DNA of 64,000 nt, taken from the NCBI RefSeq assembly GCF_001194135.2, contig NC_068981.1, positions 130,001,172-130,065,171 on the forward strand, in the 5' to 3' direction. Shown here piece by piece: positions 13,201 through 25,000 of the stretch. The notes below the pieces were generated by a model. The model was not told the DNA's origin. It saw only the letters and a list, made by a program, of their open reading frames with translations, and made no database searches. The DNA comes from Octopus bimaculoides. Lineage: Eukaryota. The translations under genes and the position numbers were made by a program. How positions within the stretch are numbered: position 1 is the stretch's first letter; each line of letters opens with the position of its first letter.

Positions 13201-16132
13201 TCCTGGGTCTACTCTTTCCACAGGTACCTTCCACAATTAGAGCTCAGCACTTCTTTATGCAGTTGTCCTCCTGAAAACCAGTTACAGATCTTTTTATTTA
13301 CTACTCATGTGAACATGCAAATAGAAAGATTTCATGCTTATTAGGAAACAGAATAGACAGCTGGCTGTGTTTCTAGATTTTTCCCCTATGAAGAAAGTAG
13401 CACTTGAGATAGACTAATGGTCAATGACTCCTTAAGGTTAGAACAGAATAGACACAGAAATGAGAAAAACTGAAAGTGGATGATATGAAATCTAAAAGAT
13501 CCTTTAGTCATACATAGATTCAAAGAAGTAACAGGTAAAACTTCTGAGTGAAGTAAGAGAGATAGATACATACGACAACTGGGAGTTTTTTCAGAGACAA
13601 TCTGCTAAGAGCCATAGACCAGAACTGAGAATGGAGAAAGGGTCCCAGCCAGGTGGAAGGTGACATGGTGGTAGAATGGTAGAGAAGGTAGTCATAAAGG
13701 TCAAAACATATGTCTAAGAAGAAGGGGCAAGGTAGAAGATGAGTAGAAGGGGCAAGGAATAGTATCATGTAGATCGAAGAGAAGTTAGACATCAGGTATT
13801 TTTAACAAAGAGAGGAGATGTAAGTGAGAGGTCTGACAATGTTCTGTTGCAAGAGGATCAGACAGAGGTATGATGTTTTTCAGATTGCAAAGCTGAATCA
13901 GGATATCGTTGGTGAAAAGTATGTTTGAAATGTGAGTGGTACCTTGCTTAGGCAAAAAGAGATCTAACAGTCTAAAACCTGCTTCGTTCATGAATGACCA
14001 TGGGATTGCACTTAGAAAAGTTCCCTTCCGAGGCATAGTCCAGGCAAGGTTATTTATGGAAGACCAACAGTCGCCCATGCATACCAATATTGTCCAAGGG
14101 AAAGGCAGAAGTTGATACAGCTTTGCACCAGTGATGTAGCAGCTCATTTCTACAGCTGAGTGAACTGGAGTAACGTGAAATAGTGTCTTGCTCAAGAGCA
14201 CAACACACAGCTCAGTCCGGGAATTGAACTCACTACCTCATGATTGTGAGCCTGACGCTCTAATCACTGAGCCATTCGCCTTTGCAAAAAGAAATACAGC
14301 CCAGCTAATTAGGAAAAGGATTAGATTATATTAGATGTTATACAAATTTGTGCCAAAATGAAGAGAGTTATTAATGAATTGTTTAAGAAATTTAATTGCA
14401 GCTAGTTGTCCATCAGAGCTCCTTTCTCAGCTCCTGCTTGGTTATCATAGTTTTTCTGGCCATGAGAGAAGAGTTTAAGACCAGATGAATTAGTTCTGAC
14501 AACTGAATCTGTCAAAGAACTAAGGAAGGAATTCTGAATGTGAAAGCAAAGTCATCATCATCACTTAGCATCTGTTTTCCATGCTGGTATGGATTAGATG
14601 GTCTGACTGGAACTGGTAAGCCAGAGAACTGCACTAGGTTCCAGTCTAATTTGACTGTGTTCTACAGATGGATGCCCTTCCTAATGCCAAGCACTCCATA
14701 GAGTGTACCAATTGTCTTTTACATGCCACCAGCACAGGTGCCTTTTGTGTCACTGGCACTGGCCACAATTATGATTTCACTTGACTTGACGAAAAGTCCT
14801 CAAGGTTTACCTATCAAAGACATAAGTTTTGGCTTGCCAGAAATATGACAGCACTTTAATACCATCTCATAAGTAGCCATATTCTACTTGCTTCAGTCAT
14901 TAAACTGTGGCCATGCTGGAGTACTGTCTTGAAGGCTTTTTAGTCAAATGAATCGACCCTGGTACTTATTTTCTTGTTGTTACGCCTGGTACTTATTCCA
15001 TTGGTCTCATTTACCAAACCACTAAGTTACAGGTGCGCAAACACATCAACACTGGTTGTCAAGTGGTGGTGGGAAACAAACACAAAAACACCCACACATA
15101 GACATATATATATGACAGCCTTCTTTCAGTTTCCATCTACCAAATCTACTTGCAAGTTTTTGCTTGACCTGAGGCTACAGTAGAAGACACATGCCCAAGG
15201 TGCCACGCAGTGGAACTGAATCTTTTTCAATATGCATGAGGGACTGGTAGGAATTCTATACATTGTCTTTGATATAAACTATGGGTGCATAAATAATGCA
15301 ATAATATCACAGGCAGGCTGAGAGAAAAGAAGCACCTCATATGTAGCAGATGCATAGGAGTAATTAGCAGTAATAGCAACCATTAAATGAATTCATTTAA
15401 ATGGCTGGATGTCTCCCTAGAAGTAGTTGTTTACTTCAATTTCCTAACTAGCAATGGTGGTGGGTGTTTTCAAAGTCTAGTAGCCAGAGTAAAAATGGGG
15501 ATGAGGAAAAAATTAGGACAGATTGCATGATGTTTATGCATGAAGTGTGATAACACATGATGGCAAAACCTGGCATTGAATGTGGATATGAGTGAAGGCT
15601 AGAAAGAAATAAGATGAGCATGTTTCACTGGACATTTAATATTGGCTTCAAATGTTGGCACAAGAACAGCAATTTCAGGGGAGGGAGTAAGTTGATTACA
15701 TCAACCCCAGTGTTCAGTTGGTACTTATTTTATTAACCTCCAAAAGGATGAAAGGCAAAGTTGACCTCAGTAGAATTTGAACTCAGAATGTAAAGATGAA
15801 TGAAATGCTGTTAAACAATTTGTCTGGCTTGCTAACGATTCAGCCAGCTTGCTGCTTCACACTGGATATATAATATAAGTTGCTAAGAGAAAACAGGTGA
15901 ATATAAGAAGAATCATGTAATGTGCATGGAGCATGATAGTTGATTAAGAAGTGCCAAATGATTTGAGCAGAAGGCACCTATGAAAAATGAGCAAGTGTGA
16001 AAGTTGACCTTAGAATACTAAACTTCAAGAAGGAAATGATGATGGACCACAGCAAGTGGTCAGCTGGAGGAGACTCCTTTGTCTCATATGAACATAGGAA
16101 AACAGACATGATAATGATTATGTATGAATGTG

Positions 16133-16184
<52 letters not shown>

Positions 16185-19100
16185 NNNNNNNNNNTATGTA
16201 TATATACAAGGTGGTATCAAAAAGTTCCAGGACTAGTTATGTTTAATAAAAAATAAGTTATTTACCTAAGGTTTAACATCATCTCCTTTGAAATAGTCAC
16301 CACAGCAATACACTGGTATCAACGTTACTGCCTCTTTTAGAATCTGGCCTGGATGTCATTTTCCATAAGTGATATTTGCTCTGGATCTTGGCAACAATAT
16401 TAAAACACCAACCTTTGAATGACATTTTCCTCTTGGAGAAGAGATGGCAGTCCATAGGTGCTAAATCTAGTGAATAGGGCAGGTGCAGAAGTGATATCAT
16501 GTTTTTGGTGAGAAACTCGCAAGTGAAGAGAGCTCGGTGACAAGGTGCATTATCATCCTGAAGAATTCAATTCTTTGCGCTCCACAGATCTGATCATCTT
16601 AGCTGAATATCTTTCCCCAAAAACTTCAAAATATTGCTGTAGAACTCTTGATTGACTGTCTGACCCTGAGGAACAAATTCTCAATGCACAATACCACTTT
16701 TCAGTACTTTACATAGTGTACTGAATGTTTTTTTGTTTTATTATAGCACTGACATTAATGAGGTCACCAAGTAATTTGCAAGACCCCTCAACTGAGTTGG
16801 TACAATATTGAGGGAGATGCCTTTATGTCAGGTGTTGAGAGATTAAAGTATCATAGAGGGACTAGAACAGGTGTCTTGCTAAAGATGGATAGAGAGAATA
16901 GTGAGGGTATACCCTCAAGGTACAAGAACATAAGCAAGAGAAAGGGACAGAGGAACAGAAAAGCTGGGTAGGAAGGTTAGTTTGTGAAGGTGTGAAAGGA
17001 GGCTGACAGATGGTTAGAGGTGGTGATATAGATGGATGCAGTGAATGCGGTACACAGGTGGAGACATGGTCAATGATGCATATCAATTTGGTGGGGGAAT
17101 GAAGGAAATTGAGGTGAGTTGGAGAGGAGAAGGTGATAAATGAAAGTAATAGGAAGACGAGAATTTGAAAGATTGGGAGATAAATGGTATATATGTATAC
17201 ATATATATTTGTGGTGGCTGCAACTCGATTTCAAGTAAAGTCACAGTTTCAACATGTGCAACATAGATGTTGTTTTTCATTCCTGTTAGGGACTTACAAT
17301 CTTTTGTGCATAGATGTAGCAACATTGAGTGCCCCTTGCTGGAGGTGTCAAAGTTTTATTTTGGTGAACCTTCATATGACATTTCAGTCAACTTCCTGAT
17401 GCACATTCTTTTGCACACTCTCTGTGAGTAGAGATGCCATATAATACATAGTTAACAGCTTCCATGTGTCTGTAGCTGTGTGCATGCACAAGTATGTGTC
17501 TGTGAGTGTTTACTTTCTGCATCATCATCATTTAATGTCTATGCTCCATGCTGGCATGGGCTGGATGGTTTCACAGGAACTTCTGATGGGTCCAAGGACT
17601 GCATCATACTCCAGAATTTGCTTTAGCATGGTTTCTATAGCTGGATGCCTTTCCTAATGCCAACCGCTTTACAACATGTACTAGTTGCTTTTTTCAGCAC
17701 TAGTAAGGTCAGCATGCAGCTCACAAAGCTACAATACCTGGGTGGGGGTGGGGGAATTTATGCACAGAGATGAGGGGTTAACATATGAAAGGAGAAGAGG
17801 GAGGGGCAAACAAGTTCTAGTACAGGAGCTATTGACTCAGCTTTAGGAGAGAGAGAGTGATAATGGGATTGATCAGTTGGAGCTGCAAGTCCAGATGGCT
17901 TGTCAAGGTACAAGGTGAGTAGAAGTGTGTTGGCACAGAGAAGGTAGGTGGGAGTTTGTAAAAGAATATGAGAGAATAATAGATAGGGGGATGGGAGGCT
18001 GGTAACTACTGTAAAGATTGGGTAGGATTGAAGGGTGAGTGTAGGGTGTGATGGATGACTAATGATTTGGGGAAGGTAGAGAGATGTAGAAGAGAAGACA
18101 AGAGAGAGATAACATGTTTATGCAAGCTACATACAAGGGTGGGGTAAAAAGGCAAGCATAGTGCATGAAAGAAGATTTGGTGGGCCAGTGGTGAAGAGTG
18201 AATCATGTGGGTGAGAACAATAATGGATGGAGAATAACTGACAAGTGAAATGGTTCTAGATAGCAAGAAAAAGCAAGTAGGGTGGAGGGTTTGCAATGAG
18301 AAAAATGATGGGTGAGGAGGTTGGTTGGAGGGGATTGGATGAGGTGCATGAACAGGCAAGGATCAGTGACAGAAAGAGTATTCAGTTGTAAAACAATGCC
18401 TGAATACTACAAGGTGTTGTGCCAACCCACGGTAGCATGTAAGAACAGACCTAAAACAAATCAACATTGTCTTTCTGTTTCTCTTTCTCTCTCTCTCTCC
18501 TATTCCCTGTCAGCTATAGGGATTCACTTAAGCCCTTTAGTCTTAGAGGTTGCAAGGTGACTTCACAAGTTGTTGGCACTCCGTCACTTATGATGTCGAG
18601 GGTTCCAGTTGATCCGATCAACGGAACAGCCTGCTCATGAAATTAACGTGCAAGTGGCTGAGCACTCCACAGACACGTGTACCTTTAATGTAGTTCTCGG
18701 GGATATTCAGCGTGACACAGTGTGACAAGGCTGGCCCTTTGAATTACAGGTACAACAGAAACAGGAAGTAAGAGTGAGAGAAAGTTGTGGTGAAAGAGTA
18801 CAGCAGGGTTTGCCACCATCCCCTGTCGGAGCCTCGTGGAGCTTTAGGTGTTTTCGCTCAATAAACACTCAGAACGCCCAGTCTAGGAATCGAAACTGCG
18901 ATCCTATGACTGCGAGTCCGCTGCCCTAACCACTGGGCCATTGCGCCTCCACGACTTCACAAGTACTGTGTCATGAAAAGAAGCACCCAAAACTGTAAAG
19001 TGACTGGCATTTGGAGGGACATCTGGCTTTAGAGATGTCAAAAAGTCATAGGGGTATGACACAATTATCATGATGATGGCATGTAGTATCATTGTCATCA

Positions 19101-19399
19101 TGATGGCATGTGGCTTAGTGATTAGGGTATTCAGCTCATGATCATAAGGTCATGAGTTCAATTCCTGGTGGTGTACTGTATCCTTGAGCAAGACATTTCA
19201 CGTTGCTCCAGTTCACTCAGCTGGCAAAAGTGAGTAGTACCTGTAATTCAAAGAGCCATCCTTATCACATTCTGTGTCATGCTGAATCTCACTGAGAGCT
19301 ATGTTAAGGGTACATGTATCTGTAGAGTGCTCGGCCACTTGCACATTAATTTCATGAGCAGGCTGTTCCATTGATTGGAGTGCCAATCATTACATATTT

Positions 19400-19466
<67 letters not shown>

Positions 19467-19819
19467 ATGGGTGTATATTATTTGACAGGAGTTATATTTA
19501 AGGTTACTAATATGCATTTAATCTAAACTTACAACCAATCAATCATCTGTTAATGTAGACAGTTTCTGTTTACCGTTGGTTAGGATATTGCTAATGAAAT
19601 GAAAGAAATAACGTTGCTTAATTATGTTTGTCTTCTCCCAATCTATTGCAGGACACTCATCTTGGACAACAGATTCTATTGGCTTCTGGCCGAATCCACA
19701 AAAATAAAAGCTATTGTGGGCCGACTGTTTCTCACATGTTGCAAAAGGTAAATTCTTACATATATTTATTCTTTACTGCAGTGGTTCCCAACCTGTGGTC
19801 CGCAAACTAAATTCAAAAT

Positions 19820-19851
<32 letters not shown>

Positions 19852-22032
19852 TTAACATCCGCTTTCCATGCTAGCATGGGTTGGACGATTTGACTNNNNN
19901 NNNNNTTGAAACATATGTAGGAATAAAGTATGCAATTATAACATGCATTTTCTCCAATCCTTAAATTCTTAAATATATATGTATATATATATATGTGGAT
20001 ATATGGTAGTAGCCGTTGCAAGATCTGCATCATGGAGAGAACCAAAATTCTTAAGGACTTTAAGAAGCCTGGCGCATTAAACAGCTGTAAAAATGCGTTT
20101 TCTAAATGTATCCACTGCACTACTTACTAGAAAATTGGATCTTCCTGTTTGCTCATTAGGCCTCTCAGAGTCTATAAAGGTTCCCTTCTCTGATTAAGGG
20201 GAAACAACCCGTATTCATTAACGTTGTTCCTATTCCTCAAGTTTTAATAGTTTCCTCACATCCGCAAAAGCAGATATTTTAAAATTTTGTATTCCTATAG
20301 AGTCTCACGAGCTGTCCAGAAGGCTTTAAGTTTGTGTGTGTGAAACCTTGGTTAAGAACTCTATATAAAATTTTGTTGTAATAATTTACTGCTCTGATAT
20401 ATATTTTATTAACTACATACACACACACATATGCACTTACATATTTACATATATATACACACACATACACCATTCATAATTGTGTATATTATTATTTGCA
20501 TGAAAGCATTTTCTATTTACTCTTTTGCAGGCTGTTTAACTTGATAGAATGATTGCACAAGTTGCTCATTGCTATAAGTTTTTCATTGATCAAACGCTAA
20601 AGAGACCTCTATATTTAAGTCATTATCAAAGAACTCTCCTTCTACTCCAACTTCGCCGTTTTAAGCATCTCCAACTTTCCAATCCAGTTTTACCAACATT
20701 TTTTCGGGCAAAGAACTATTTGGAAAGAGTTGCTCTTGTTGACCAGAATGGGCACTTCCGATACAGAGACCTACTCCATTACAGTGCAATTTTATCTAAA
20801 AAAATTAAAAATACAGTTGGCTGCACTCCAAATTCCTGTGAAGGGTTACGGATAGCATTTCTTTGTGAAAATGATTTGTCATATGTCATAACAGAATGAG
20901 CAACTTGGATGATTGGAGCAGCTGCTGTTCCTCTTTGTAAAACATATCCTGTTAAAGAAATTTGTTATTTCATAGACAATTCCAAATCCTCAATTGTTAT
21001 TATTAGTGAAGAATTCAGAAGTCTAACTAAGGAAATAGAACAAAAAACAGGAGTTCAAACATTGCTTTTAAGCAAAGATGACTATCTTCATGACTATGAT
21101 CCATGTCAAAATTATTGGTTGACTAAATGTAAAGAGTTGGACAGAAAATTTGAAGAAATGCTTAAAATAAACCAGTTCAAAAACCAGCCTGCATTAATTA
21201 TTTATACTAGTGGTACAACAGGGAAACCAAAGGTAAGTTTTTAATTCCACCCAATTAATTTTAATGTTTTATTTACTACCTCTCCCTTTCTCTCTCCTAT
21301 ATATATGACCGTTGACTGAACACTATTCATTTTTTTTCTCCGTGTTTTTCTCCTTGTCTCCGTATTCTTTCTGTTGAAGAGCGTAGCTCGAAACGTCAAA
21401 GACTTTCCGTATTCCCGAGCGTCATACTAATATATACTTTTGTTATTTACACCACCTGTCCTCGTCTGNNNNNNNNNNNNNNNNNNNNNNNNNNNNNNNN
21501 NNNNNNNNNNNNNNNNNNNNNNNNNNNNNNNNNNNNNNNNNNNNNNNNNNNNNNNNNNNNNNNNNNNNNNNNNNNNNNNNNNNNNNNNNNNNNNNNNNNN
21601 NNNNNNNNNNNNNNNNNNNNNNNNNNNNNNNNNNNNNNNNNNNNNNNNNNNNNNNNNNNNNNNNNNNNNNNNNNNNNNNNNNNNNNNNNNNNNNNNNNNN
21701 NNNNNNNNNNNNNNNNNNNNNNNNNNNNNNNNNNNNNNNNNNNNNNNNNNNNNNNNNNNNNNNNNNNNNNNNNNNNNNNNNNNNNNNNNNNNNNNNNNNN
21801 NNNNNNNNNNNNNNNNNNNNNNNNNNNNNNNNNNNNNNNNNNNNNNNNNNNNNNNNNNNNNNNNNNNNNNNNNNNNNNNNNNNNNNNNNNNNNNNNNNNN
21901 NNNNNNNNNNNNNNNNNNNNNNNNNNNNNNNNNNNNNNNNNNNNNNNNNNNNNNNNNNNNNNNNNNNNNNNNNNNNNNNNNNNNNNNNNNNNCCATGCTA
22001 GCATGGAAAGCGGACGTTAAACGATGATGATG

Positions 22033-22086
<54 letters not shown>

Positions 22087-25000
22087 GGATAAGCATATTA
22101 AAGGGGGTCCATAGGAAAACTCATTTAAATAAAAGAAGTCCTTGGTAGTGAAAAGGTTGGGAACCACTCCTTTAGTGCAATACGCCACTTCTATATCAGG
22201 GGTCAGCAACAAGGTAATCATAGCCCACAAATGGGCCATTAAAGTGATCTATATGGGTTTCAGATCTTTTGTTTCAAATTTATTGTATTTATAAATCATT
22301 GAGTAGTTTCAAGTAACCTTTTTTGTCACAATTTGTTTAATTTTTGCTAAAATAACCATTGCAAATAATGGAAATAGCGATGCACCTGAGGATGATTTTA
22401 TTCATATATAATCATTTTCATTTAACTTCTACTTTTCCATGCTTGCATGGGTTGGACAGTGTTTATTTTCTATGGCTGGGTACACTTCTTGTTGCCAACA
22501 AAGGCAAGGTAGTATTCAGGGCCAGCCTTAAGCCAATTGGACTGATTGCTCCCAATCGGGCCCCGTGCTCAAGGCTAGACATGTTCTTGCAGAATATTGG
22601 AAATGAATCACACTGCTTGTTTGACAGTGACAGTCAGTTTACAACTGTCACATGATGTAAAGACAAGGAGACACAAGTACACACGTGTGCACACAAACAC
22701 TTTCACTTCCTGTCTACCTAATCCATTCACAAGGCTTTGGTTGGCTTGGGCTATAGAAGACACTTGTGTAATGTGTTGTGTATTGAGACTTAACCTAGGA
22801 CCATGTGGTTGGGAAGCAAGCTTCTTACCACACAGCTACGCTTGCACCTACAAAACAAGGATCAGTTCTTTTTGCAATGGTCCTCTTTTGATTTTTAAAA
22901 AATTTACTCATGGTACAAAGCCAGCAATTTGGGAGAAGGGGAAAATCACTTAAATCAATCCCAGTGTTCCACTGGTACTTATTTTATTGACCCTAAAAGG
23001 ATGGAAGGTATAATCAACCTCAGTGAAATTTGAACTCAGAACATAAAGATGGATGGAATGCTGCTAAGCATTTTGTCTAGCATGATAGCAATTCTGCTAG
23101 CTTGCCTTTATATATATGTATGTATTGCAAAAAGAAGTTGTTCATCCTTGTTTTGTGTGACAACAGTTGTTTTGATTTCAATGTTTGTATGTGTAAGAGT
23201 ATGTATTTTTTCAGATAGAGATTCTTTAGCTATCCCAAACTTGGTCTTCATCAATAATATATCATTTCCATTCATGTCACTTCATCAATTTGAAATTTGT
23301 TTTATTTAACAAATAATGAAGATGGAGACCTTCCTGCAATGCCAAAAGAGAGAGTTGAATAACCTTTATATATTACAGGCATAAATGCCCATCATCAAAC
23401 ATGAACAGTTTTAAGGAATTTAAATTTACATAGATCATTTCTTTAACCCTTTAGCATTCAGACTATTCTTTCAAATGCAATGCTTATATATTCACATTGT
23501 TTTGAAGTAATTGTGCATTATCTCATAACTTTGAGACTTCAGTGATGTAATTGTTTATTTTTAGAATGACAATGTAGAGTAGGTGTGAAAGGTTGGAACT
23601 GGCCAGTTTGAACAAAAAAGAATGATACAATATCTGGGCTGGATATGGTCAGTTTGAATGCTAAAGGGTTAAACTGTTCACTTCTGTTGATAGGCATTTG
23701 TGCCCAAAATATATAAAGGGTGCTTAACTGTGCCTTTTTGTACTATTAAAATCTTTTTATCTTCTTTATTTGTTATTTTACTTCTGTATCACAATACTTG
23801 AAGCAAACTACAACACTCTTTTTTGTTTTATTTCAGAGAGAAGTTGGCATGGGTGATAAGCAATGTTTTTCAAATGGAGACCAGTGTGCAATAGGTACCC
23901 TGTAAGTACCTATTCTATATGGTTATGTGTCGATCTTGACATTTTTCTTTCTTTTTTGCTTTTTTTCTTTTTTACTGATTTTAGTCAATTGATTGTAGCT
24001 ATGTTGAGTTGGCATCTTTACAAGTTTTTACTCAATTATATCGATTCCAGTACTTAATCTGGTGCTTATTTCATCATCCTCATTAGCTACAGAAATGCAA
24101 AATGGACAATCAGTCAAACTCTGTTTGAATGTTTTGTTCGTCACGCATACATATGTACAGAAGGGAGGAAACCATTACAGCTCATTGTAATACATCATCA
24201 TTTTAATGTTCATTTTGCCATGCTTGCATGAGTTGGATGAAATTTAATGAGGTGGATTTTCTGTGGCCAGATGCCCTTCCTGTCACCAACCCTCACCTGT
24301 TTCCTGGTAAGATAATATTTCTCCATGACCAGACATGCTTTCAAAGATAGTAAATGAAGGACACTGCTTGCAATAATCACTTGAAGTCAAGTCAAAGAGA
24401 CACGTATACGACAAGTTTCTTTCAGTTTCTTTCTAACAAATCCGCTCACAAGACTTTGGTTGGCCTTGGGCTATCATAGAAGGCACTTCCCAAGGTGCCA
24501 TGTAGTGGGACTGAACCTGAAATCATGTGGTTAGGAAGCAAGTTTCTTACCACACAGTCACACCTGTGTCTATTATGTACAGTATATGAAATAAGATTAG
24601 ATAGAAAAACCTGGTTGCCAGCTCTACAATTTTATATAGAATTACAAGGAAAATGAGAAGAATGACTGAGAAAACATTACTAATATTAAAATACAAACCA
24701 AAAAATCAACACACAGATAAATCACTCATAAAATACATAAGAAAAATCCACCAGTATAATTCTTAAATTTGCTATTTCTGATTTATCAGTTATAACAATA
24801 AAGGATTCCTGTGATCTTTTGTAACCTAATCCAAAGCATGCAGATAACATCCCATTATTACCATCATTTCATTCTGTTGATGGGACTGTGAAGTTTATGA
24901 AAGGTTATTACACCAATGGATTAAGGAATTTTGCATTTACACTAGTGCCATGTCAAAAGCTCTCATGCTGGTACTGCATAATAGCACTTATGCCAGTACC

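Noticed and set aside
18871-18950. tRNA gene
   Set aside because: tRNA-like head of a SINE: it continues into the SINE body, is flanked by a TSD, and has no clean acceptor stem.
20897-20899. UGA = Trp through the invertebrate mitochondrial code (NUMT), or UGA = selenocysteine
   Set aside because: ACSF3 is nuclear-encoded and the exon has spliceosomal sites. The homologous residue is Trp, not Cys, and no SECIS was recognised.
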